26,696 nt of DNA, taken from assembly GCA_000934665.2 (NCBI GenBank), contig KZ538402.1:62001-88696 (forward strand), given 5' to 3'. Each line of letters opens with the position of its first letter. Position 1 is the first letter of the stretch. The translations under genes were made by a program, and so were the position numbers. Below the pieces are notes generated by a model. That model made no database searches. It was not told the origin of the DNA and was given only the letters and a program-made list of their open reading frames with translations. Source of the stretch: Catajapyx aquilonaris. Its lineage: Eukaryota. This document shows, one piece after another, positions 1-10,270 of this stretch.

Positions 1-790
1 TATCTCAGTCCTAGGCAGCGCCATGATCTCAACAAGCTTGCTCTTGTAGCCGCAAACTATCACGGTGGCCAGGACCCAAAAGGAGCTTATCAAAAACCGT
101 AGTCCGGGCAAATCAGGGATGTCATGGGGTTGCTCCAGAAGCATCCTGATCACCATGCCTGCAGCCGATGAAAAAGATGCTGGCCCGACATGTCTGTTCA
201 AAAAGCATTTGAGGACCACAGCACATGCTACGGTGGTGAATGACAACCAGATCCAAGACTCCATGCTTAAGGGTTGCAGCAAAACGATCCACCGGATTTT
301 CACGGCAGGCATTGCAGTCGCGAAAGTCAAATGGGCTGTTATCATACTTTTTGTCATTTTCAAATATGGAATTAGATCTGGTTTCAGGGAAAATATGACA
401 CCAGAGTAGCACTCGCCAGACAATATTGGAGCAGCTCCTCCGATCCACGATCCATTTGCGAGCCTGTACTCCCATTTTTCCTCAGTCGGTTCCATCACAT
501 GTATCTTATTAATACGAACGCCAAGAGTTTCTTCCACTGCTATAAATGCGTTATCCAAAGCATTTACGAATCTGTATCCGTATTCTTGCAGTAACCAGCG
601 TGAATGCTCGAGATCGATGTTTTCATAATGGACAATGCAGATTTGGTATCCGTTAGCATCTCTTGACATATCAGGATACAGATCTCTTCCCTGTTTATAT
701 CCTTCTAGAGTTGTTATCATCATCGGCTGGCCTCCATCACCGCAGAAGAAGCAAACGGTTTGAAGATCTAGTCGCTTCTCAGGTGAGAAT
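1..790 (-). CDS. Divergent ionotropic receptor (IR), coding exon 2 (partial, continues past window edge): S1 lobe, M1, pore region, M3
   Basis: Manual translation gives 263 stop-free codons: FSPEKRLDLQTVCFFC...LYPDMSRDANG...WEYRLANGSWIGG...LLQPLSMESWIWLSFTTVACAVVL...MLLEQP...LRFLISSFWVLATVIVCGYKSKLVEIMALPRTEI. The order of LxPD..NG, NGSWxG, pre-M1 QP..W, LLEQ and R..W......Y.S.L....P matches the IR/iGluR architecture. It is absent from the ORF track because no stop codon lies within the window. Confidence 0.92.
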
Positions 791-849
791 CTGCCAAATT
801 AATTAAAATGAGTTGGCTACTTAGTTCACACAATTTTGAGAGTTCTTAC
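791..849 (-). other. 59-bp GT-AG spliceosomal intron of the IR gene
   Basis: Minus strand reads GTAAGAACTC...TTTTAATTAATTTGGCAG. It contains the in-frame TAA that ends ORF 846..1499, and removing it gives a continuous frame (...KVAT-R-FSPEKR...). Confidence 0.88.
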
Positions 850-1391
850 CTGGTTGCCACCTTATATTTTATCCCTGAGGCAAGTCCATGCTTCAACATG
901 CTCTGCGGATCTCCACGCTTGAAGTGCATTATGAACGGATCTTCAAGATTTCTCACACGGACAAAAGCGACAGTTTGTAACATTAATTTGTTCAAGTGTT
1001 CCGGTGAGTTTAATAAGAACAGATTCAAAGTGCAGCTTCCTCCAGGCCAAAATTTTGATTTGATCTCTGGAGGCATGGTGCGAAACGAATAGATTTGTTC
1101 CTCTCTTGAAATTCCAAGGTATTTGGACCAATGCTTGATTGAGATTCCTGTTGGATGATGTGTGTTGAGAATTGCAACAGTCCGATACGAATTGCTTTGA
1201 ATTATTAGCAATTCATTCAGAAATTCACTTGTTGTTCTTTCACTTCTGGACATCACCAGTGAACAGTTGGTGTAGAGAGGATCATCTTGAATATCCTTGA
1301 TAACTTGAACCAGATTGTAGTATTCATCAGGTTCACTTGCTGAGTCGACAAAGTAAATTATCCATGACAGGACCCAACACAGTTTCCACAT
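850..1391 (-). CDS. Divergent ionotropic receptor (IR), coding exon 1: signal peptide and N-terminal extracellular region
   Basis: ATG at 1391..1389 begins a signal-peptide-like MWKLCWVLSWIIYFVDSA. The frame is open for 180 codons + 2 nt to a CAG|GTAAGA donor at 849. Phase-2 splicing joins it in frame to the IR-like exon 2. Confidence 0.88.
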
Positions 1392-2820
1392 TTTAGCGCC
1401 TAATGCAAAACCTGTACCGGTAATTGCACGCTTACAGGGACAACACTTACGTTTACCGCAGTAAAATGTTGTGGTGTAACATATTTCTCTGACGCTCAAT
1501 TTACAACATGACTACACTTGCTTCTAAAGGCATGAGAAATGACTTATTCCGAGGAACATATGATAACTTACCCACTTTGTCATTACAGACACATGTAAAA
1601 GCATAAATCAATTCAACAATCAAGTGCTCAGATCTGACTGGTCATGAAGCAATTCAAGGTATTTTCTGCCTTATTGACTTCATAATAATATTATGGCAAC
1701 TATAATTATGACACAACATGCCAACTGATGATACAGTCACGTACAGTCTATCATGTGAATTATAAAATAATGCAACGCTCCACATGTTTTATTGAGAAAT
1801 AATTAGGTAGAATGATAGTATTTTCCTTTCCAAGTTCCTTTCAATTGGCTTCATTAACCTTAATAATTCTTATGGTTGGTCGGTAACTCTGGCCTAATAA
1901 TGGACACTGGCTCTGTCACCTCTACATAATTATTTAAAATCATTTTTTTGGCTGGTTCCAAGGAATTTGGTAAAATGGGGGTAAAGATTTGTCTAGTAAT
2001 CACACCATCGAGAGTAGCTAGTTCTCAAGTGGCCCTCCATGCCACGTACACCACTAAACTCTACTGCCACCTGCGAGCTTCTCTTCCAAACTGCTGGAGA
2101 GCCAACTTTGGGCTATCTCCAAACATGTCCGTGGTTCAACCAGACAATTTTTTTGAGTGTTCGACCCCGCACTTTTTTCTTCTTCTTCCTCATTTTTTTT
2201 AGGAGCAAAAGTGACAGGCAGAGAGGAGTGTCAAAAGAAGGCCCCAGGGAGCGATAACTTGAGAGAATGAAAGGGAAGGGGGTTGTATTATAGGTAAGGT
2301 TTTGGCTCTGATCTTTGGGGAACAACCCCACCTCTCCCTTGACGTCCACATCCTGAACCCTGATTGCGAGCTGTACAGCAAACACCTGGCGGTCATGCGA
2401 GCGGGAAATTAGTCAGAATAAGGCCCGGCGTGTTCCCTACCCATCCATCAATGCCTTCGATACCCCCCTCAGCATGCACGAAAACCCCCAGCAGCACTGG
2501 CCTAGCTTATACACTGTACAAACTGCTGCAAAACTTACGAAAAAAAGTTCAACACATCGATATAACAAACAAAGAAATTGAGTTTGTTAATACGACAATT
2601 TGTATAGTCATTAATGAGTCCTCCAGCAGAACGTGATTTTTTTCGTCTTAAACAAGATTGGCAAATCTGGCATGATTCGAGTATACTTTTTCTATCATTA
2701 TGCAATGGGAAATGAGGCTGACAACATCGTTAGATTTATTCTGAAAGTGAACAGAAAAATTGCAAAATTTATTATTGACAACAACTATATGTTTCAAACA
2801 ATAAATGTAATGAGTACAAG

Positions 2821-3175
2821 CAGGGAGCATAATTATACTACATAAGAGGCGGAAACATTCGATTTCCGCGTCTCTCTGTTTGGGGCGTTGCCAAGGCTGG
2901 CGGCCATTTTGAAGTGTGGGCAACGCCAACGAGGTATAAATAGGGTACAGGCAAAAATATAGGGTCCGCCATCGTTGATTCGCGCGTGTTCTTGCCATGT
3001 AGTTGCCATGGCCGCCAAAACCATCAAAGATGGCGGACCCTATTTTTGCCTGTACCCTATTTATACCTCGTTGGCGTTGCCCACACTTCAAAATGGCCGC
3101 CAGCTTTGGCAACGACCCCAAACAGAGAGACGCGGAAATCAGTCGCGCTGACCAAAGTGTAGTATATGCTCCCTG
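2821..3175. mobile_element. 355-bp foldback MITE, P/Galileo-superfamily-like, copy 1
   Basis: Termini CAGGGAGCATA...TATGCTCCCTG. Perfect 7-bp TSD GTACAAG at 2814-2820 and 3176-3182. Near-perfect ~112-bp internal inverted arms (2861-2973 and 3029-3140) around a ~55-bp spacer. No transposase. Superfamily inferred from CA...TG ends plus the 7-bp TSD. Confidence 0.85.
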
Positions 3176-4318
3176 GTACAAGTGTCATCTCTCTCTCAAT
3201 ATTTATGGACATAAAAACATTCCTGCTTGAGTGAACTGGTGTATGCAATTTAGGCGGCAGGTTTTGTCAGGTTCTGGACATGCTACGGCACCGTATATAG
3301 CACCACACACGAAACGCGATGGGAATCGCAGACATGTTATCACTCACACTTGATGAATGCTCCCTACTGGGCTAGCTCCTGTGCAAAAAAAAAGAGAAGC
3401 AAAGAATAAACCGCATAGCAAAAGGTGTGACATGCTTCGGGATTGGCAATGAAAACTATTAGCATACAAGCCCTTAACCCTAATCAGATTACATGTCTAC
3501 TGTTTAATTCTCGAATCACACACACACAAAAAAAAATAAAGGTCGTTCTCCTTCTTTGAGTACCCGTCTAAATTGCAAAGCTATCGAGTCAAAAGTGCAA
3601 TTACATGCAATCCTGACCTCAGAACCAACCCCCCCTTTTTTTGACTTATATAACCCCGCCTGTTTTATCGGTCTCTAAAAACCAGGCTTTTGCCGCGCCT
3701 GTTCCTGCTCATTAGTTGTCAGCTGTCGCCCCGTAATTACACACCTTTTCAGAGGGAAAATTGGGCCTCGTGGAAAAGGAAATCAAACGTCGTGACGTGA
3801 TCCATCGCAGTTTTGAAAATTGACCAGCTATAACATGACCTTTCATGCCGGATAATTTTGGAATTGCGCAACATTCTCCAACCAAATAGTTTCGGGATAA
3901 TGTCGCCCCCCCACACCGACTGGGTAAAAAAAAATACTGGCTGTTAATCCAGTCCGGAGAGCCCACGGTATGCATAACTTACAGGGAAATTGCGGATACA
4001 AATGCCCATGCCAATCAGGTTATGCTGTTTGGCTTGGCTCGGTTAATGCTGCATGAGACTTAAGTGGGCCATGTAATTGTATAATTAAAGTTCATGTAAC
4101 TGTGTAATTAGGCATGCTGAAAGGGATGGCTCGCCAGCGGTTAGGTTTAGCGGGGACAGCAGGCCATGGACTATATAAGTAAAAGTGTGCTCTTCCAATA
4201 GGTTTTTCGCTTAATTTACGCGCCGAGCAGACACCCGATATATTGACAAGGGAGCTAAAAAAAAGGAAATCCTAATTAAGCATTCTTTAGCATGAAAGGG
4301 AAACAATTAACAATGTTT

Positions 4319-4461
4319 CACAATATATCTAAAAATCCTTAGTTGTTTGTGCCCTCTGATTGGTCCGCCGCATATTGTTACCTCGACGCTTCCTATTGGC
4401 CCTGATCTGCGCATGCGCAATGGGTGGATACACGCGCCTCTGGTGGGTGGGAGGAAGAACT
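4319..4461 (+). mobile_element. Truncated copy related to the mini-Helitron at 14653-14870
   Basis: 4406-4460 (TCTGCGCATGCGCAATGGGTG...GCGCCTCTGGTGGGTGGGAGGAAGAAC) aligns by eye with 14730-14784. The 5' part (ATATCTAAAAATCCTTAGTTGT) resembles the 14653 5' end. No CTAG 3' end is seen, and the boundaries are approximate. Confidence 0.55.
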
Positions 4462-7107
4462 GGACCGTGTTATGCAATAATGAGTCAACCCACAGATCTT
4501 AATATAAGTAATGCTTCTCAATTTTTTGCCGTTCAATACAAACGACATTTTCATACCTTCTGACCTGAAAACATCGGGGTGATGATATTCCCCATGTGCG
4601 AACTTGACATGTTCCCATAAGATCCTTCTGGTTACTTTCACAACATGGGCGAATAAGACACCAACAAATTCGATGCGCGACAAAAACGATCCATTTTCTC
4701 CGGGGAAACAGACTCGTCAAGTTTTCCCAAGCCGTGGGTGATTTCGAATCGATTCGATCCGAAGAATCTTCTTAACTCTCTTTTTTTTTTCTTTCTTTCT
4801 TCTTCCACCGTCTCTCCTCGATTCTTCCTTGACTTTGTGAGGGATTAGTGGGCTGGTCCTGTCGGTAAAGTCTGGAGGATCGGTTGACGTCTCCAGGATT
4901 TGGCCCCGACAAATAACATCACAGGCTTCCGGTATCCACGTTTAATGAGACAGACATTTGTGTCGGCTTCCAGAAATTAAAGATAGACGTGCAAGCCTTT
5001 CAGACACGATCGTTACAGATGTCAACAATGAAGAGATTATCCTACCTGTAACATAGCTCCAACAGTACACATATTTGTGTGTACTTTGAAAGACTTACAT
5101 ATTAAGCTGTTCTGAAATACATTACACGAACGGTGCGCAATGTAAGATATAATTATAGGTAAGTTCACCGACCTTCCCATGTGTTCAAGTTAAATTTAAA
5201 GCGTCCAAAAATAATGCTGGCTGTTGGTTTTTATTGCTACGAGTAAACTTCTTCCGTCCTTTTGCATCCCAGCAGCCACGATTTTCTTCACTGTGTCCAG
5301 CAAAATGTCCACGCGTCATAAAGCGTGCTGCAACCTAACTAACCCAGACGCGTAATATTCCCTGATTGCATTCCTTGCCATCAGATTAAACCTGTCGCAT
5401 GTCTAATTTGCGCCTGTGAAAGTGAAATTCAACGGCCTTAAAAACTTCCGAACTGGTATATGCACCACACCATCAGACCTGACCTCAACCCTTGTTCCTT
5501 CCATTGTACCCTTTTTTTTTGGAGAGCTGTCACCGAAAAGAGTGGGGGAAACTTTGTACACCATAGGGTTACATTTCCGTGACACTTTATCTGCGCCATC
5601 AATTTAGGTTGCACCGGACTCGAGTATAATTGTGAGGACATTCTCTCACGCGAGGAGAGGAAGATGCAGGTGACATGGAAAGGAACTGTGCTGACGGATT
5701 GATGGAGGATTAAAAGTACATCACCCTTAGTGTCTTATCGGACGCCATACTTCACCGCTTAATAGATACGCTAATAGCAGGTTGTGATGTGGGAGGTAGG
5801 AGGTATAGGGGGTAACACAGAAACGGGAGGGGAAAAAAATATTGAAGTTTAAGTGTCACGAAGAAGTTTCGTGTTGGGTGTGGGGACGTAATTGTTCCGG
5901 AGTTGAAGGAGACCAAAGTCTGGCCATAATGTGGACTAGTACATTCAATAATGACAGGTTGCTAAAATGCTTATTAAATTCGCAATTATAAATAATGAGT
6001 AAATGGGTTGTAGCATTTGAATGAAAGTTAACATTTTATCTTACTCAAATGTGCGTTGCTGGAATGAACAATTGGCCACCTTTTTTGACGATTTTGGCTT
6101 CATTAAGGTGATAATAATATGCTTCTGTACGTAATAGGGGGTCGGTCTATCCTGCGTGCCATGCCAACCCACAATACACCTTGCCACGTGGGTCGCCTAA
6201 TGTGCAGGATGAGCCCCATGCGTGCAGCACATTTTTGTATACCCTTACCATGCAATTAGGTCCTCCAAAATCGCTAAAATGAAGAGAGTGGAAGGTGTGA
6301 AGAGCATTGTTCACCAGATAGTTTCAGCAGCAGAATATTACGCAAGGTTTTAGTGCGCCAAGTGGTTGTAATATCGGAGGGTTTATGCATGATCCAGTGT
6401 AAACACGAAGCTGCGATATGATTATGCTTATCGCTCGTCCCAAAACAGATTGTGCCAATAGGAAAGGTGGAATGGGGTTGCTCACATCGCCCTATGCCGT
6501 GGCCTGCATGCCTCACGCAAATGATCCAGGAAGGAGAAAAAGAAAAAAAACGAAGCCCAACTTGTGGCCCTCTCCTCTTATAACCGACGCCCCCCATGAA
6601 AAAAACCCCCCAGAAGTCAGAAAATACACCCGAGTCAGTCAAACGGCACCGCGAGTTATTCCCTGAAATCCGCCTTTTTGGAACCCCCCTCTAACCTTTC
6701 CATAATTGCAGGCTCAACCCTGTCATGCTGAATGCAATCGCTGACTATTCATCATCCACGCGCCTCTTCTGCTGTGAATTAAGTTGTTTTCGGTGCTGCC
6801 CTTATTGTCGATCCGACCAAGATAAGCCAGGATTGCATGACGACCCGAGTTTTCGACCCCCCCTATTCTTCGGTTGGAAACACCCCCAAGATAATCCCAA
6901 ATCTGTCTGGAGAGCAATCTTGGAAGAAAATGCCCGATCAAGTTTCCCAACCATAGATGTTGGCGCATCGTCCGTCTCCGTCGTACTTCTAGAGACATTT
7001 ACCGCAGCGGCAGAAGAGCAAATAGAAACTCCATCACTTCAATATATTAGTTCTTCTGCCGCATCTGAAAATGTCGCTAGCAGTATGACGCGATTAATGT
7101 CCAACCA

Positions 7108-7542
7108 CTGTACACTCCTGCCACTTTGGTCGTGCGACGGGTACCAGAGAGAATATACTACATAAGAGGTGCAAACATTCGATTTTTGCGTCTCTCTGTT
7201 TGGGGCGTTGCCAAGGCTGGCGGCCATTTTGAAGTGTGGGGAACGCCAACGAGGTATAAATAGGGTACAGGCAAAAATAGGGTCCGCCATCATTGATTCG
7301 CGCGTGTTCTTGCCGTGTGGTTGCCATGGCCGCCAAAACCATCGAAGATGGCGTACCCTATTTTTGCCTGTACCCTATTTATACCTCGTTGGCGTTTCCC
7401 ACACTTCAAAATGGCCGTCAGCCTTGGCAACGGCCCCAAACAGAGAGACGCGGACATCAAAGGCGCCGACAGAAGTTTGCTCCTCTTATATGCTCCCTGG
7501 CGGTACTATCAGCTGGGACAAATAACAGACGGAAAGACAGAG
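7108..7542 (-). mobile_element. Partial copy of the small hairpin repeat (8861-9043 family), split by MITE copy 2
   Basis: 7500-7542 (GCGGTACTATCAGCTGGGACAAAT...) and 7108-7144 (CTGTACACTCCTGCCACT...CGTGCG) are reverse-complement matches to adjacent parts of 8861-8938. Confidence 0.7.
7145..7499. mobile_element. 355-bp foldback MITE, P/Galileo-superfamily-like, copy 2
   Basis: Highly similar to 2821-3175 in the same orientation. Termini CAGAGAGAATA...TATGCTCCCTG, inverted arms ~7188-7291 and 7347-7452. Degenerate 7-bp TSD CGGGTAC (7138-7144) / GCGGTAC (7500-7506). Confidence 0.85.
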
Positions 7543-8860
7543 TCGATTAGTACTATGTACGTGTAACTGACAGTCCGTTTAAGTCGCGGGGAAAATGTGT
7601 TACGCCGGATTGCCCATGCTCGTAATCGAGCCCATCGTCAGGTGTCGTCATCCATTTCGGATCCTGGCCGAAGCGCTTGTTACGGTTTAGCGGAGCAAGT
7701 TAGGTGGCCATTAGCGATAAACAAATGGGGGCATATGGTTAGCATATAGCAGACCCATGGAAAAGAATGCGGGCTTGTGGAAACACGTTGACGGAGAAAA
7801 AAAAAATATATAGGGAGAGAATGGGTGGGGGGGCCTCATCTATATCCTCTTTTACACCACCCTGTGCAAATGGAGCCCGTTCAGAAAGCCTTACGGACTC
7901 CAATAACCTAGCAATTTATCTTACCCCTGGCCTAGTATGTGTAATGAAGATCACACTAGGAGAGTTAGAGCCGGGCATGAATAAGTGCATACGGTGCAGG
8001 AATTTTTGCAACAATAACAGGGCCTAGCACTAATATACAATGCGGGAGGGGGGGGGGAATCTGCGTACAAACTAGCCCATGTTAGTGTTATTACATGGTT
8101 GTTCCCTCCAGCAACTAGCAGCCAATTGTTGAAGCTGACAATGTCAGTTATGTCTCAACTATATGTAGATTTCCAGGCTCAACTGCTGAAAAACGTCCCA
8201 CTTGGTACATGTGCACAGGTGCAAACTTCTGAAATATTACAAAGGCCCAAATTGGCACACTTGCAACTAAAAGCAGCAGACTTCAACCCCCCCGCATTCC
8301 CTTTTCCTCCTCCTCCTCCTCCCGCTACCCCCGGAGGCCCAACGCTCGGATTAACAAGCTACAATATTGGGGGCTGGTGTAAATTAGAATTGTCTTTCGC
8401 AGGTGGAGGGGGTAGGGGATGGGGGAAGGAGAGACTTGCATTTCCATAATTTCCGCCTCTGATTAGTGTCAGAGGAGACGAGTCCCGCTGTCACAGGTCG
8501 CCCCAGCCTGCTAATGAAACGCAGGGGCCAAAGGAGGTGGCGATGTAATTACTCTTACTCACGGCTCCGGAGAGAGTCCGGGGGAACCAGCACTCGGAAT
8601 GTCTTATGCTGCTGGCCCCCCCTTTCCCCCCGGAAAGTACTCCAAAATTGTACTCAGGCTTTTGGCCACCGTAATCCGGAAACTGCGGGCCAAGTGCATG
8701 AATGTATGAAACAGCCCGCAAATTGCAATGGGAAGAGGATGAGATCCAGACAAAAATTTTAGAGTTAAATTCCGGCCGGATTATTTATAATAAGGTGTAA
8801 GACCTCTGTAAAAATGTTCAGCAATTTCTTTGAAGAAAAATAAAACATCCTTCTAATCCG

Positions 8861-9043
8861 CTTATTCTCTCAGCAAAATGTTTGTCCGACCTGATAGTAC
8901 CATTACCCGCACGACTTGAGAGTGGCAGGAGTGTGCAGGGGAAGGGTGCGCCATCTGTGCGTCAAGAATACTACTACGTGGTAAATCGGCTTCCATTGCG
9001 GTACTATCAGGCCGGACAAACATTTGATGGAGAGAAATAGAAG
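8861..9043. mobile_element. ~180-bp hairpin/MITE-like repeat, unclassified
   Basis: Inverted ends AAATGTTTGTCCGACCTGATAGTACC / GGTACTATCAGGCCGGACAAACATTT, extending imperfectly to CTT..ATTCTCTC / GAGAGAAATAGAAG. Related copies lie at 10139 and 7108-7542. No TSD identified. Confidence 0.7.
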
Positions 9044-9085
9044 TGATGTTTCCAAATTTTGGCAATGGGGTCACTATTAAAAAGA

Positions 9086-9298
9086 TAAATTTTTTTATGA
9101 GAGCAACCGAGTGCGCAACACAGTTAGCGCAACACTATAAGCTTAAGGAGGTACCAATATGGCCGACTTTTGCGATGTTTCCAAGGCTCTGGAACGAACC
9201 TTAGAGGTCCCTGAGAAGTAACTGTGGCAGAGTTATTGTCGGAACAATGGACTTGCGCGAGTGTGGGTGCGCACTAGGTTGCGATCGTAAAATATTTA
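9086..9298. mobile_element. Degenerate TIR element / MITE relic
   Basis: Imperfect ~36-bp inverted repeat: TAAATTTTTTTATGAGAGCAACCGAGTGCGCAACAC (9086-9121) versus GTGGGTGCGCACTAGGTTGCGATCGTAAAATATTTA (9263-9298). Only one copy in the window. Confidence 0.45.
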
Positions 9299-10138
9299 AC
9301 CTATAGTATTATAAAATTGGCTGGGCTTGTCCCTACAAGCGTTGACTCATCACCTAGGTGCATGTAGTTACCATTGTTATCACGTGGCAGCACTGTCCAG
9401 AGAGAAAAGATGAGCGCCATCTGTTTGTGGCATATCATAACTACGTCCAATTAAGGACCGAGCAGGGCAGTGTTGCCAAATTTTGGAGGGTTCTCTCCTA
9501 TAAGGTCATTTTCACCTCTGTCAAGCAACAGGCCTCCAATAACTCTTAGAGAAACTTGTGGTTATGAAAGTGGGTGTGAAGTGTTGTCAGATCTGTTTCT
9601 CTACAGGTTGGAGCTCCTGTCCTGCACAAAAGTCTCGCTCCTTTTCTCTTTTTTTGGACATTTTTTGGTGGGGGAGGTCTGAAGGAGACGAGCGATTTTC
9701 CTTCAGTTAGAGAAGACAATCGATCGCGTTTTCTTGGAGGGAACGAGAACGGAGCCCATCAAAAATTTTGGTCGTGACTTGGGAGTTTTCTTGTTGACTA
9801 CTTGATCCTTGTTCTGCCTCCCCTTCCTCCCCTTCCCCTTCCTCCTCCCCCGCCTCCCTTCCCTCCTAATGACGTGCTAAGAATCGCCCACAGCTGGGTG
9901 GCTGCCGGATCGTTCGTTTTTCGCGATTTAAAATTCATTACTCCATTTTCTCCTTTCTTGGGGAAAAGTAAGGCGGGGAATAAATTTTCCCTGGAAGGAG
10001 CACCAGGGGCCTATGGCACCTTCCAAAAAAAAAAGAGTGAGAGCTAGAGGACCAGATGACAACGAGGTGTGTCACCACCATAAACTATAAAGTTGTGTCC
10101 ACATGTCGCGTACGTGAAGGTTCATTTCTCCTCATAGG

Positions 10139-10270
10139 CTTATTCTCTCCGTCGGATGTTTGTCCGACCTGATAGTATTTCTATTTCTCGCACGAGCTGA
10201 GTGTGGAGAGGGATTATGCGCCATCTGTGCGTGAAGAATAGTACTAACTTGTAAGTGGTAAATCGGCTGG
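10139..10270 (+). mobile_element. Second, truncated copy of the 8861-9043 hairpin repeat
   Basis: CTTATTCTCTC..ATGTTTGTCCGACCTGATAGTA..CGCACGA..TGCGCCATCTGTGCGT.AAGAATA.TACTA..GTGGTAAATCGGCT is collinear with 8861-8991. The right arm is missing. Confidence 0.75.

Noticed and set aside
65..475. ORFs 65..409 (+) and 122..475 (-)
   Set aside because: These are antisense and off-frame shadows of IR exon 2; the real frame is a different minus-strand frame.
1392..1499. N-terminal extension of ORF 846..1499 from a TTG start
   Set aside because: The locus is eukaryotic, and the ATG at 1391 directly precedes a signal peptide.
2648..3248. Apparently paralogous small ORFs (PIFACTLFIPRWR..., also at 7039-7566)
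   Set aside because: They are translations of the MITE inverted arms, which explains their recurrence on both strands. No transposase motifs.
2821..7499. Composite transposon or LTR element bounded by the two 355-bp direct repeats
   Set aside because: Each copy has its own TSD, the outer flanks do not match (GTACAAG versus GCGGTAC), the ends are not TG...CA, and no gag/pol or cargo gene lies between them.
9468..9478. CAGTGTTGCCA, a TIR-like motif
   Set aside because: No partner TGGCAACACTG was found, and it is too short to call alone.
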